A DNA stretch of 63,369 nucleotides, filler included, from Octopus bimaculoides (GCF_001194135.2; 8 parts of 7 records of this genome joined end to end with filler, not necessarily neighbours in it); one strand, 5' to 3'. Positions 12,510 through 26,961 are shown, counted from the first letter of the whole stretch. Notes: a model not told the origin generated them from the sequence alone. Translations and numbers: made by a program.

Positions 12510-14529
12510 TGTATGTATGTGTGTGTGTGTGTGTTTGTGTACGTATACACACGCTTACGCACACTGATATGGTGATTGGTAAGTATATAACATAACTTAA
12601 AACTGCTTAATACAACTTGAGCTACAAGTCGTAACACTAATATATCTTGAACTACTTATACGATAAACAAGGATTCAATCTCCGAATACCTTTGACACTA
12701 CAATCATTTGTTTTCCTCTAATTGCTGGAGTTGAAAAGTCTTGCGGCATTTGATTCAACTCTCTGTGCTATGACTTAAATTCCACTGAGGTCAATTTTGC
12801 TTTTCATCCTTTCAGACTGAAAAAAATATGGTAGATTAGTTGAACTCTTAGATGACCGGTTGAGACACCATACGTTCTCTCAGTAACGCCTTCAACGACA
12901 TTGGAGCCAAGCCGAATCGATGCGGATTGGCGGCCTTTCCCTTGGGTAGACATCGTGGGAGGACTTTTATTCTCAAGCAACTTCTAGTCTTCCTCTGGAA
13001 ATCTTACTTCAAACCTGTATGTACATGTGCAGATGCGTGATTAATCTTAACCAAAAGAGGCCCTATATGCACACGCGCGCACGCACGCCGCGTACGACGT
13101 ACGTATGTATGTATCTATGAATTATGAAAGCAATGGACACAAAACAACATGAAACAAGACGGAACAAGAGGGAGATATAGTGGCAAATATTGCATCAGAT
13201 TCACGGTTAAAGGAAAGTGTTTTGACATTTTGGACGTTAGTCCTTTAACAGAAAAGAACGGAAGAAAAATAAAAGATGAGACTGAAAGAGTAAAAATAAT
13301 CAGAGGAAGAAAAACAAATGGGCGAATAGGGGGCAGGTGGAAAAGGCTAAATGAGCGGGTTAAGAAATATATACATATATGTATATGTGTATATGTGTGC
13401 GCGCGCGTGTGTATGTATGTATGTATGTATGTATGTATGTATGTATGTACATATGTTCTCAGGCACAAGCTCAATTGAAATATTCTTTTGTCACTTATTC
13501 AAACCAGCATATTGTCTACATTAAAAAATATATTTTGGAAGTTGAAACAATTGTAAACATTTGGTGATTGCAAGGCTTGTAAAACTAATATTCTAGACAT
13601 AAGTAGATAGATAAGTAAACACAAGGTTTTGGCTATGGTACAAAACGTAAGTTAACGACAGTGAAACCACGCGGGTTGAATCAAGAGTAAAAAAGTGAAC
13701 AGAGTAGTCTTTTAAAGTCACAGAATCAGGATAACCTAAGTCTCAAAATCTCACATCATGGAATCCTGAAAATAATTCAGCTTCAATGATGTATGTGATT
13801 AAACTAATAAGTAAATACAATTACACAAAATTACATAAAAACTCGCTATAAATTAAATAATTTAAGCGTAACAAACATGCATTTACATATCCGGTATCCG
13901 TGTTGAGTACCAGTTAGTAAATAGATATATAAATCTACAGATAAACGCAATTATCCGATGCTTTAGCTAGTCCCAAATCAATCTCAAAAGCTTGGACTAT
14001 GAAGAAGCTATCATATCAGTAAATTCTATAGTTGAATTAGTTCATTATTGTCAGCCAAGCTATAGATTGCAACAATAAAAGATTGGATCGAAACAATATA
14101 TTTGTTACGCTCTTTTCATGCATGCTTCTGGTACATATCCCATCACGTTCATCTTCCATAAAAAATAAAAAAGATAAACACAAAATTAATATTAATTTCG
14201 TTTCATTGATCATAAGACAAGGGAATGGCTGATTGCTTCGACTGGGATTTCATTCATCATTTTATTGATGAAGTATAATATTTCGATAAACGTGTACATA
14301 CAGGCAATTACGCGTGTACAATAACTTATTGACTAAATAATATTAGTGGGTATTGTCAGACAGAATAGATACAGAGGATTTGAAATAACTCCAATTGAAA
14401 AAGCCTAATATTTGTTATTGGTGTTTAATCCCTTATCGGCCCTAATCGAACAGACATAAGACGAAAGGCGTTCCAGTCGTGACCATCTTATATTTTTTCT
14501 AGACAATACGGTCAAGACTTGGAGGCGCA

Positions 14530-14891
14530 ATGGCCCAGTGGTTAGGGCAGCGGACTCGCGGTTTCGATTCCCAGACCGGGCGTTGTGAGTGTTTATTGAG
14601 CGAAAACACCTAAAGCTCCACGTGCCCCTCCGGCAGGGGATGGTGGCGAACCCTGATGTACTCTTTCACCACAACTTTCTCTCACTCTTACTTCCTGTTT
14701 CTGTTGTACCTGTATTTCAAAGGGCCAGCCTTGTCACATTGTGTCACGCTGAATATACCCGAGAACTACGTTAAGGGTACACGCGTCTGTGGAATGCTCA
14801 GCCACTTGCACGTTAATTTCACGAGCAGGCTGTTCCGTTGATCGGATCATCTGGAACCCTCGACGTCGTAAGCGACGGAGTGCCAACAACA
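14530..14891 (+). mobile_element. tRNA-derived SINE (family C) with 12-bp TSD
   Basis: A/B-box-like head ggcgcaatggcccagtggttag...gtttcgattcc, (AAC)n tail, TSD acggtcaagact at 14518 and 14892. Confidence 0.85.
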
Positions 14892-15589
14892 ACGGTCAAG
14901 ACTGCATTATCTAAAATATTAGGAGAGTGTAAATTGAGGAAGTTTTGACTGTTATTTCTGACAAGTTGAGTAACTATGTGAACTCCACCCTTGTTGGTTC
15001 GTTAAAGACTAGGTACTTAAACTCAATACATATGTGTTTTGTTCCAGATATACTGTGTCTCTGCTAATGAGCTTCATGCTGTGCACAGAGCCTCTGAGAG
15101 AATGGTGTAGCCAGTAGATCAAACCTGGGATCTCAAAAGGCATAGGAAGTGTACGTGACTATCTGATAAGCCCTTCCCTACACACACGCACACACACACG
15201 CACACGCACAGGCACGCACATACGTACGCACACACACACAGACGCGCGCGCACACACACACACAATTCCGAAAACAGTTTTGTTCCACCTTGCCAAATTT
15301 TTCTTGAATATTTCAGCGTGCACGAATTTATTGTAGAATTTAATGTCAGAATCCGGGCACATGGTTGTCCCCAACACTTCTATTCTGTTTGTTTTAGTAT
15401 ATGTCAAATGTTGCTGTTGTTTTGGATCTAGTCAACCCTGATCGAGAAGATCTATTTTCAAAGTCATTCCAGATCTGACGATTCCGCCATTTTGTTTTTT
15501 TCCTCCCAAACATATTGTAAGCTGTACTACATTATTTAATATAACCATTTGAGAACCACAATGGAGTTTAACAGGGAGCTATGTGGTTG

Positions 15590-16190
15590 CTCGACTTGCC
15601 AGAAACAAAAGCCAAACATCCACCAAGTGCTTAGCGGCATTTCGTCTGTTTGTACGTATTGAGTTCAAATTCTTACAGATCGATTTTGCCATTCGTCCTT
15701 TCGGAGTCGACGTAATAAGTACTAGTCAAGCACCGAAGTCAATGTAATCAACTTGCTACTTTCTCCCCTCCAAATTTCAGGATATGTCCTTATAATGGAA
15801 AGGATTATTTACCTCATGGTTGAGTTCAAATTCCGAAGTAGACTTTGCTCTTCATCCATTTCGGAGTCTATAAAATAACTACCTGTTGAACAATGGGATC
15901 GACGTAATCGACTTCCCTAAAATTGCTAGCTTTATACTAAAATTTGCAATCTTTATTGAAGTCGGGGTATAAGGCGGCGAACTGGCAGAATCGTTAGTGA
16001 CATGGACAAAATGCTTTGTAGTATTCCTTCCTGTTCTTTATGTACTGAGTTCAAATTCCATCGAGGTCGACTTTTCCTTTTATAATTTCGGGTTGATGAA
16101 ATAAATACTAGTCGAATACTGGAGTCGATGTAATCAACTAATATTCATCCACAAAAATTGCTAGTTTTGTGCCAAAATTTAAAAACTATT
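15590..16190 (+). mobile_element. Cluster of degenerate family-D SINE copies
   Basis: Repeated gagttcaaatt...gtcgactttgcc.ttcatcctttcgg.gtcgat...agtac motif. Other copies at about 1870-2003, 18965-19175(-), 29365-29520(-), 30085-30265(-), 37240-37445(-), 38255-38700(+) and 46120-46230(+). Confidence 0.7.
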
Positions 16191-17185
16191 ATTTAGCTCA
16201 AGGTCTGTTGTTAAGGAGCAAAACTATCATAAAATACATTCTGACAAATATCACAAGTTATTGCTTTTTCAGTACTACTTTAGCCTCGGGTGTGACAGGA
16301 GGTGGGTGTGAGATTTGCTTGTCACTTTTAGGAGTTTGGTCAACTCTGCAGTGACACTCTCATTGGCTCGTTTGTTTATGTCAGTAAGTTCGAGCCGTGA
16401 GCAGTGGACTTAATCGAAACGCAACAATTGCTGTTCCTCTGAGCTAATCATTGTTGTTACTCATATCAATAGAATGTTTGGAGACTAATGAGGCTATTTT
16501 TGCGTCTCTATTTTCATATCAGAATATCTAGAGTAATATCGATAGGATGCCGTTGTAAAACTCTTTCGGGCAATTTTAAATTGTATCGGTATCGAAGACT
16601 AAATCTTAATTACTTCGCTTTTGCTAACGATGAATTACTTCATTGTTTTTTTATTTTTCTTTCTAAAATTACATATAGCTTCGATTTCAGACTTGATTTA
16701 CTTATATTTCAAGTACATGCACTATTATTTTAACTAAGAATGAATTTTTCTTCCCCTCCTATACCACCCCGCTTCTTAAAAATAACCATTTCTCACCATC
16801 TACATCTTAATCTAAATCTAGAACAAAATTGAATTGCATGGCTAATATATGTACTTACTATACAATATATACATACATGCATGCATGCATACATACATAC
16901 ATACATACATACATACATACATACACACACAGACACATAATACATACATACATCGGTAGTGTATAGTGTAATCACCGATTAAAGATATGATTTTCTCCAT
17001 TCTTATTCTTGTTATACTCTGAATCTCTTAGTATCTGATTGTTTGTTATAGTTAATCAAATTCATTTAACACCAAGTGGTCTATTGATATCTGCCTGGAT
17101 TTATTAATCCTTTTTACTTATGATATATATATATATATATANNNNNNNNNNNNNNNNNNNNNNNNNNNNNNNNNNNNNNNNNNNN

Positions 17186-17197
17186 TTAATTAATTAA
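17186..17197. other. Assembly gap spacer TTAATTAATTAA
   Basis: The identical 12-mer is centred in short N runs at 17186, 22324, 36726, 40867, 45861, 57969 and 61089. Technical, not biological. Confidence 0.9.
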
Positions 17198-17241
17198 NNN
17201 NNNNNNNNNNNNNNNNNNNNNNNNNNNNNNNNNNNNNNNNN

Positions 17242-17276
<35 letters not shown>

Positions 17277-18354
17277 TATATACAATATATATATATATGA
17301 ATGTACGTATGTGCGCACTTTTGTATGTATATCAATGTTTGAATGTATATATTTATGTATGTACGTATGTATGTGTTTGTATGTGTATGTACGTATGTAT
17401 ATATGTTTGGCTGTGAGTATGTGCGTATGTATATATGTATGTATATATGTATAAAGAATACACAGACCTTTGCATGATTGCTAAGCCAGTAAACAACATA
17501 AATCTATTAAACTCTATTAAACCAGTGGCAGCAAATTCAATCTTCTTGTGTAAATATTTACCAAAAATTCTTCAGAAACGATCTTAACTATTTCCACAGA
17601 ATCTCATCTTCCTGAGAGACACCTCCCTTCTTTAAATTCCTCGTCTTATTTCCGACATAATCTCTGTTATATATACACAAAAGTCGTAATAAATATTCGT
17701 GTATATTAGAAGTATTTTCTATGGTTTGATTATAGTGATGTTTCTGAGATCATTTTGTCCTTGTTCTTGTGAGTTTGGTTAGTCTGCTGCTAGGAATGGT
17801 GATGCTGGATGGAATTCTGTTGTCATAGTTGATATTGATCTCCTTGCTCTTCTTATGGTCGCTACTGTTGTTATTCTTGGCATTTTGTATTACTTCATGA
17901 GAGGATTTTCCCATGCTGTTCTCAATCTAATCACAGAAGAATTTACCTCTTTTCCTTGCACTTGATCCTTGCTTAGTCACATGTCTGTTTGTTTGATTTC
18001 TGATTGAATTTACCTATAACCCATCCATTTATCAAACATCGTTTGTCTAGAGCTAAATTAATCCCTGTATTCTTCCTTGTTGCCTTTTGTATATTCTGTA
18101 TCGATGCCGGAAAGACCGAGCGGTAAAAATATTGTCTCATAAATACAAAACCATGGGTTTTATACCCGATTTTATTGCATCTTAAGAGAGTATCATTTAG
18201 CATAGTCTCCAGTAGATCCTAGATATGTAAGTGAAACTGGGTAGACAGAAAATTTCTGGAAGCTCGTTGGATGGCTTGTACCTGCAATTCTAAATGGGGC
18301 AGCCATGTCATATTATGCATCATGCTGATTCTACTTGAGAATTATACTGAGGAA

Positions 18355-18780
<426 letters not shown>

Positions 18781-19199
18781 ATTTTGCTTTTTCATGTTTT
18801 TTTCATTTCATTTTGAGCATAAGCAATCTGGTATGTTTAGTTTTATGGCTTATCAATGTCTACAGTGAGTTTCTTTGGCCGAGGAGTCGGAAAGACACTC
18901 GGAAAGGAATGGAAGCAAAATTGAAAAAAGAAAGACTCATAATAATAAAAATAATAATCCTTTCTATTGTAAGCACAAAGCCTGACATTTGGTGGGAGAT
19001 GATAAGTCGTTTACATCGATACCATTGCTTGAGTGGTACTTAAATTATCGGCCACTAAAGGATGAAAGGCAAAGTAGACCTCGGTGGAATTTGAACTCAG
19101 AAAGTACAGACGGACGAAATGCCGCTAAGCATTTTTCCCAGCGTGCTAACGATTCTGTCAACTCGCCGCCTTGCTCATGATAATGATAATAATAACTTG

Positions 19200-20010
19200 C
19201 TCTGTTCATTACTTTACTTGATCGCAGATCTTCTTATGAGGATGCGAAGATCAGGAAGAAAATAAAGCATACGCTACGTATGGATGATCGTGCACTATAC
19301 ACCAAAAACGAAAAGGAGCTGGATTCTCTTACTCAGACACAAAGGATATTGCAAGGATATTGAATAAGTATGCAGTTTTATTTATAAAGCGAGACTGATG
19401 GTACAAATATAATTTAATATGATATCATTAGATTATTAAAAGATTATGCAGGATACAAGTACGTAACGATGATGCAGAACGATAAGATAATGAGAGAGGA
19501 AGTTTCAAAAGAGTACAAGGGAAGGATTTGGCAATTAAATGGAATATGCCATGATAGTGTTGAGATGCTCTGTTCCTTTTCTAAAAGGATCAAAGACAGA
19601 GGTTAAGGAATTAGTTGGAAAAACTATGAAGTTGCTTATAATATACGACAGCTATTTCTACAAGTTCTACTTACCAAGAAACGAAATAAAGTTTTGTTAA
19701 ATGCAGAAGACACCATTTTTATAGTAATGCTGGGTTTGAAAAATATACAGTGAAGAACGCTGTCTGCGGCTAGAAATATTCACAAAGTCACTGAAACGGT
19801 AGGAGAACTTAAGAACAGAAAGAGGAAGAACAGACCCAAAAGCTAGTGAGAAAAGAAATTATAGGGACAATTATTGCAACAAAGATAGAAAAGTTGGAAG
19901 TAATGAATGCTGGTTGTGGCTGATATATGGAAACAAGAACTGAGAGACTGAAACACTGATTATAGCTGCTCAGAAGAAGACCATTGCAATGAATTAAATA
20001 AAGAGAAAGT
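19200..20010 (+). mobile_element. Decayed R4/Dong-like RT fragment
   Basis: KI.H.L.MDD..LY.KNEKELDSL motif, then many stops. Starts after a (TAA)n tract. Confidence 0.55.
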
Positions 20011-22063
20011 TTTTTGCGTACTCTGAAGGGTACGGATACTTGGAGGTTTGAGAAACCTTGCTCTGCCTATTCTTTGAAAGTACTACTCTTGAAAGAGGAT
20101 GTGAGTAAGTGTAGTATTCTTAGAATGACCTCTGCGTTTTTTCTTCAGGTTTTGGTTTCAAATCTCTTCACAAGGAATCAATTTATTAAATGTTGGTCAG
20201 CTATGCATTCCTAGAATGACCTCTGCTTTTTTTTCCTCAGGTTTTGGTTTCAAATCTCTTCACAAGGAATCAATTTATTAAATGTTGGTGAGCTATGCAG
20301 TGCACTTTTCAGTAAAGCTAGAAGCTCAATCTGCAAAATAAAAATGTTCAACACACTAAAAACTTTCAAAATCAAGAACAAAAACTACTCAACACAGTTC
20401 TCTCTTATATTTATTTACTTTTGGTATTTATTCAAATTTATTTTAATTTTTTCAAGAAATTTGTTTTATATTTTTCTTTCTAAATTCTAGATTTTGCTTT
20501 GATTGTAAATATTGTGAGGGGGAAATGCAAGTATTTAAAAACACAAGCCACCGAGAATGTACAGTTAGTCTCCACCCCTGTTATCCATCGCCCTCGCTAA
20601 CACCATTGATAATAGTCGTATGTAGTCTTATGTTTATACTAACAAAGTCTGTGTTTAATAGAATACAGATGAAAGAAGAACGGTTGTAGAAACTAGCAGT
20701 TGCATAAAGGATTTATTGTCAACCGTACTAGCGTCATCATAAACCACGCCGTAACACAACACACCACGCCATGTTACAGGACACCCACACCACAACGAAT
20801 CTCAACACCACCATTCTGTTACACAAAACTATATTTCACCCACGACTAACTCATAGCAAAACACACAGACATTCCATAACCTTAAAACGCTTACGGCAAC
20901 TTAACCAAATAATAACAACAATAATAACATTAGCAGCAACAACTATAAGAATAATAATGATAACAACAACAACATTAATAATAAGAGCAACAGCAACAAT
21001 GATAATAATGATGACAACAAAAGGAACAACAACGACGCTGATGCTGATGGTGGTGGTNNNNNNNNNNNNNNNNNNNNNNNNNNNNNNNNNNNNNNNNNNN
21101 NNNNNNNNNNNNNNNNNNNNNNNNNNNNNNNNNNNNNNNNNNNNNNNNNNNNNNNNNNNNNNNNNNNNNNNNNNNNNNNNNNNNNNNNNNNNNNNNNNNN
21201 NNNNNNNNNNNNNNNNNNNNNNNNNNNNNNNNNNNNNNNNNNNNNNNNNNNNNNNNNNNNNNNNNNNNNNNNNNNNNNNNNNNNNNNNNNNNNNNNNNNN
21301 NNNNNNNNNNNNNNNNNNNNNNNNNNNNNNNNNNNNNNNNNNNNNNNNNNNNNNNNNNNNNNNNNNNNNNNNNNNNNNNNNNNNNNNNNNNNNNNNNNNN
21401 NNNNNNNNNNNNNNNNNNNNNNNNNNNNNNNNNNNNNNNNNNNNNNNNNNNNNNNNNNNNNNNNNNNNNNNNNNNNNNNNNNNNNNNNNNNNNNNNNNNN
21501 NNNNNNNNNNNNNNNNNNNNNNNNNNNNNNNNNNNNNNNNNNNNNNNNNNNNNNNNNNNNNNNNNNNNNNNNNNNNNNNNNNNNNNNNNNNNNNNNNNNN
21601 NNNNNNNNNNNNNNNNNNNNNNNNNNNNNNNNNNNNNNNNNNNNNNNNNNNNNNNNNNNNNNNNNNNNNNNNNNNNNGGTGGTGGTGGTGGTGGTGGTGG
21701 TGGTGGTGGTGATGGTGGTGATAATGATGGTGATGTAATGAAGATGAAAACGAAAGTAATGATGATCAAAATAATAAAATAATAACAACAACAATAATGA
21801 AATTATAATAATAATAATAATAATGATGATAATAATAATAATAATAATAATGATAATAATAATAACAATAATAATGATAATGATAATGATAATAAGCAAA
21901 GACATTTAAAAAAACGATACGATGGCAAACCACTTTTGGAGTATACAACACATCTAACGATGACTGATTAGTATTACAAGAACAATTCCCTCCGACCACT
22001 TTGTATCGTTGTAGAGCTAACAAGGGACCACCGTAATAGAAAACTACGCCAAGCCAAACTTAC

Positions 22064-22133
22064 AATTCCATTCCATTCCACCTCATGCGATAAGGTAGAA
22101 TACAAAAACTCATAACACAATATACAGTGGAAG
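22064..22133 (-). CDS. Candidate further exon (70 nt, phase 2-0): FHCILCYEFLYSTLSHEVEWNGI
   Basis: Good acceptor tttttcatttcgtag and donor gtaagt, phase-compatible. No recognisable domain. Confidence 0.3.
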
Positions 22134-22228
22134 CTACGAAATGAAAAAGCACCATCGCCATGCACAATATATCTCGCAAGTGTATTGCCATGTAGACCTA
22201 TACATAACATACACATGTACGCATGAAC

Positions 22229-22279
<51 letters not shown>

Positions 22280-22412
22280 NNNNNNNNNNNNNNNNNNNNN
22301 NNNNNNNNNNNNNNNNNNNNNNNTTAATTAATTAANNNNNNNNNNNNNNNNNNNNNNNNNNNNNNNNNNNNNNNNNNNNATTTGGATAAAAGTAGTAAAT
22401 GTTGTTATTCAC

Positions 22413-22465
22413 CCACAATATTTGACTTTGAATGATCCAGTCGAATTTGAAAACTCATGCTCCAC
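22413..22465 (-). CDS. Next exon (53 nt, phase 0-2): VEHEFSNSTGSFKVKYC(G)
   Basis: Acceptor aactattgcag, donor gtgaat. Phase-compatible and continues a plausible extracellular sequence with an NST sequon. Confidence 0.6.
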
Positions 22466-22545
22466 CTGCAATAGTTGGATATGTATATATATAAACATAT
22501 CTATGTGTGTGTGTGTGTGTGTGTCTGTGTGTGAGTATGTATGCA

Positions 22546-22801
22546 TTTCAGTTGTCACTAATAGTGTCTTAGAGTGCAGGGTAACATCTACATTGTTAGA
22601 AACAAAAGCGAAAGAGTCTTATAACCGCCAAAAGTACATGTGTATGCACTGACAGGGGAGATAACCGCTGGCGGTTATGATGATTATTTCCCCTGTCAGT
22701 GCATAGAAATGTGCGTTTTGCGGCTATAAGCGTTGTTGGCTCTTGTTTCAGTCACGTGGTTGCTACTCTACACCCTCAGTCACTACTAGTGACAATTGAA
22801 A
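22546..22801. mobile_element. Foldback / MITE palindrome
   Basis: Nested inverted arms, including a perfect 17-bp pair tatgcactgacagggga / tcccctgtcagtgcata. Confidence 0.8.
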
Positions 22802-23766
22802 TTTTCATTTCCGGTTTGATATTGCTAATAGGAATCGCAGAATTGTACATGTATGATATACATATTTATATATGACGATACATCTCTACAATATGCACAC
22901 CGTTTACATTGTCCTAGTACGCTATTGGACATCCACATGATGTGATCTGAGATTCCAAGAATTGAAATTATTATAAAAATGTGGGACAAAACGAATAATT
23001 TCTGATTTCTTGTTATTTTCTCCTAACCTGTTTTCATGTGTTACATTCAAAATATTGCAATATAATTACTGCTTACATAAAGGCAATACCAAATACTGAA
23101 GACGGACAGCTACAGATCGATACGATTACATACGAATATTCCTGCATGTGTTTTAAGCATTGCAGATATGGCAGAATATCTATATAAACGATTCACGCAT
23201 CTTAACATATTTATTTAAACGGCGTTGTAAAGAGGCACACAAAGAAATATGTTAAAAAACGTTTCAAAACAGTTCATGAAAAGGACAAACTCCTTTCAGT
23301 AATTTTAGATACTATTGTAGAATTAAAAACTACCTGAAAGGAAAGATTACCCAAGCTGTGAACAACTATAAATTTAATTCTGACGGAGCTTTTAACGATT
23401 GTCATTGTGTATTTTGAAAAACAATTACAAATATTGGTGCATATTGGCTAAATGTAAGTGTCTCTTTCGTCCGGATCGTGACTACAATCATTGTATACAA
23501 TGGACCTTATACTATATATGATCACAATATCTGAGACAATAAAAATCTGCAAGACTTCCTTAGGACATAAAGGATGATGAATAAAATAAAATGCTTTCTT
23601 TCACAACCTTATTATCAAGGTCAAAATTTGCTCTAAATTAAAAAGAGAACATACATACAAGTATACATACATACAAACGTACATGCATATACATATACGT
23701 GCGCGCGTGTTTGGAGAGAGAGAAAGGCGGAGGGAGAGATGGGAGAGTAAATAGACTGGTACACAC

Positions 23767-23855
23767 AGCTCTAGATATGTTTTCAGCATGGTTTTCCTTG
23801 AAGTTCTTAAAAGTTGAATTGTAAATCAGATGAAATACAAAGGAATTGGTCCAGC
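23767..23855 (-). CDS. Post-LU exon (89 nt, phase 1-0): WTNSFVFHLIYNSTFKNFKENHAENISRA; possible SEA-like start
   Basis: Strong acceptor tttatttgcttccacag, donor gtgtgt. Open in the required phase. The SEA resemblance is by eye only. Confidence 0.7.
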
Positions 23856-24019
23856 CTGTGGAAGCAAATAAAAATAGAACAGAAACATTACGATTACAAC
23901 TGAGACACATGTGACATTTTCTCATATATGAAGTATTATACACTGTTATTATAAACAATTTGTCTGTAGTAAATCGAGAGTAGTTAATGTAATTGAATTA
24001 GAGAATATACAAGTCTTAC

Positions 24020-24203
24020 CGATAAAGTCATTCTTGTTACATTGGTTTCCGCTGCAGCAAGCAACACACGAAGTGCCATTGGCCCATTTATCGCACGTAA
24101 AAGTATTGTTTCTCATAGCTTCAAAGCAGTTTCTGTATGTGCTGCAAGATCTTTCAAACTTCAGTGTGACGCCATTCATTGATAGTTTATATTGGCATAC
24201 AGG
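24020..24203 (-). CDS. Ly6/uPAR domain exon B (184 nt, phase 0-1): PVCQYKLSMNGVTLKFERSCSTYRNCFEAMRNNTFTCDKWANGTSCVACCSGNQCNKNDFI
   Basis: Acceptor tcattattacag, donor gtaaga. Ends in the CCxxxxCN hallmark of LU/three-finger domains. Confidence 0.92.
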
Positions 24204-24781
24204 CTGTAATAATGAATACAAAAATAATAGACTACTACGACAACGACTACTATTGCAACTATTGTTGCTAGCAACAAGAGCAACGGGAGCGTGTTTAGCA
24301 AGTAAAAAAATTGCACTCTGCATCAAAAATGTATTCGCAGCAACAAATGAAATCGAAACAAAATGACAAGGTTTGGGAAGATGACTGAAAATAATCCTAT
24401 TCTACGTCCAGCAATACTTTTCTGAGAAACAAATAGGGAAGAGGCCACTCCTATGCTCGTGGTTCTGATATCTGGACCAGCTGACATCTTGTGACCTTAA
24501 ACAAGACTTTTCTCCTCCAGTCTACTCTGTTGAAAATAAGTACCAGCTTAATGCTGGTCATCTCTCTTTCTTTCTTCCCCCTCCCTTCAATTGCTACATC
24601 CTTGATATTCCATTGATTCCAAGACGAGAAGACCGAGTGTGTGTACATCCTTGCATGAGATTATATAGGCACGTAAAATAATTAATGAAAGCATGCTACA
24701 AGCTCTCTTGTAATACTGTTTTGCTATTGACGGCTATGGATGTATTTTAACAGAAAGGAATAAAGTAACATTTCACTTTAC

Positions 24782-24873
24782 CTCTGCTACTGCACAGTTT
24801 GTCACTTCTGAATCAGTGCACGTCATCCCTGAACAAGTCTGACACCGCAAGTTCCGTTGAAATAAGGAATAAC
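24782..24873 (-). CDS. Ly6/uPAR (three-finger) domain exon A (92 nt, phase 1-0): YSLFQRNLRCQTCSGMTCTDSEVTNCAVAE
   Basis: Acceptor aatttgcag, donor gtaaag. LxCxxC start typical of LU domains. Phase matches both neighbours. Confidence 0.88.
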
Positions 24874-25394
24874 CTGCAAATTATCAGATAAAATCTTATC
24901 TGTCTACCTGTATTTAGACATACATACATACATACATACATACACACACCCACACACATATATACNNNNNNNNNNNNNNNNNNNNNNNNNNNNNNNNNNN
25001 NNNNNNNNNNNNNNNNNNNNNNNNNNNNNNNNNNNNNNNNNNNNNNNNNNNNNNNNNNNNNNNNNNNNNNNNNNNNNNNNNNNNNNNNNNNNNNNNNNNN
25101 NNNNNNNNNNNNNNNNNNNNNNNNNNNNNNNNNNNNNNNNNNNNNNNNNNNNNNNNNNNNNNNNNNNNNNNNNNNNNNNNNNNNNNNNNNNNNNNNNNNN
25201 NNNNNNNNNNNNNNNNNNNNNNNNNNNNNNNNNNNNNNNNNNNNNNNNNNNNNNNNNNNNNNNNNNNNNNNNNNNNNNNNNNNNNNNNNNNNNNNNNNNN
25301 NNNNNNNNNNNNNNNNNNNNNNNNNNNNNNNNNNNNNNNNNNNNNNNNNNNNNNNNNNNNNNNNNNNNNNNNNNNNNNNNNNNNNNNNNNNNNN

Positions 25395-25428
<34 letters not shown>

Positions 25429-25432
<4 letters not shown>

Positions 25433-25889
25433 ATAATTAAGGGAACAGCAACAATTGTTTACCACATACCGAAGTTCACAAATAGCAGCTAAAGTGCTGA
25501 AACTCCAAAAGATTGCAATACTTGTAACTCATAAAGGCAATACAAGAAGAAAAAATAACGAAACTCACCAGTCTTAGTTAATCATACGCGCGTTTCTTGC
25601 TTAGAAAAGTAAAACCTTTTTATTTCCTCATCATTATGACATTCCAGTTTGCAAATTCGACGATGCTGGCAATTGTGCTTGCACGATAAGGAAATGAAAA
25701 GTTTTTACTTTTCTAAGCCAGAAACGCGTCTATGATTAACTAAGAATGGTTAATTTCGTTATTTTTTATTCTTGTTTTGCCTTTATGAGTTACAAGTATT
25801 GCTATCTGTTGGGGTCTCAGCACTTTAGCTGCTATTTCTGAACTTCGGTATGTGGTGAAGCAATTGTTGCTGATCCCCTAACTATGTTT
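25429..25889. mobile_element. Foldback element with about 200-bp arms
   Basis: Perfect 21-bp (aaatagcagctaaagtgctga) and 24-bp (caatacttgtaactcataaaggca) inverted matches inside long arms. Confidence 0.85.
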
Positions 25890-26024
25890 ACAAATGTATA
25901 AGAACTTTTAAATAAGTTCTTCACCGATAATGGTGTTTACATACCGAAGGGCTTGGTAAAAATTATTAATTATTAATTTATTAATAAATTAATTAATTGA
26001 TAATCCTTTACAGTTTTATTTGTA

Positions 26025-26058
<34 letters not shown>

Positions 26059-26961
26059 ATATATATATGTATATGTATATAGATATAATTATGTTTGTGT
26101 GTGTCTTTGTATCTATTTGTGTCCCACCACCACTTGACACTCGATGTAGATGTGTTGACACGCTCGTAACTTAGTGATTCGACAAAGCGACCGTTAGAAT
26201 AAATATCAGGCCTAGAAAGTGAAGTAGATTAATTCGACAGAAACTTCAATGTAGTCTTCCAGTATGATCTCAGTCTAATACCTGAAACAAGTGAAAGATA
26301 AAATATATACTGGATCTATTTCACTTCTTTCTAATTTGTCAGTTGGTCAAATAGTTAATCTAGAAACCAATCGATTGCTTGATTTATCATTCGTTTAATC
26401 AATCAGTGAATTATGTCTGCCAAGGACCTTTCGTTGTCCATTGCATCCTCTTCAATAACACACCATCTCTATTACAGGTTAGTTTGAGGTTTCTTGGTCT
26501 GTCTCAAATTTTTAGGTTATACATCTATATATTTATGGCATAGGATTGAGAAGGTTTGTGAGAGGAAGAGGGGATGAGAAGCAGAATATATGTGCGGTTA
26601 TGCGTGTATATCTGTGTGTGTGTGAGCGTTCGTAGGTGCGAATGTGAGTTTGTACGGTACGATTGATTCTTTGAGTGCATTACAGAGAATATGCGAGTGT
26701 GTGTCTGTGAGAGCCTGTGTGTGCGCGTGTGTGTGTACGTGTGTGAGTGTAGATGTGCATGCGCTTTCATGTATGTGTACCATGTGGAATTTGTGAAAGG
26801 TGTCAATAATAGAGTGGTGTGGATGGTGTTTCGTTATATCTTTATCTTTTGGTCCTGTTTCCTAAGACATTATAGTTTGAGCAGCAGAGTGTAATCCGGG
26901 GTTTTGCTATTGGTAAAAGTAAAATCAAAGAAACAACAAAGGCAAGGAAGATTTTACTAAC

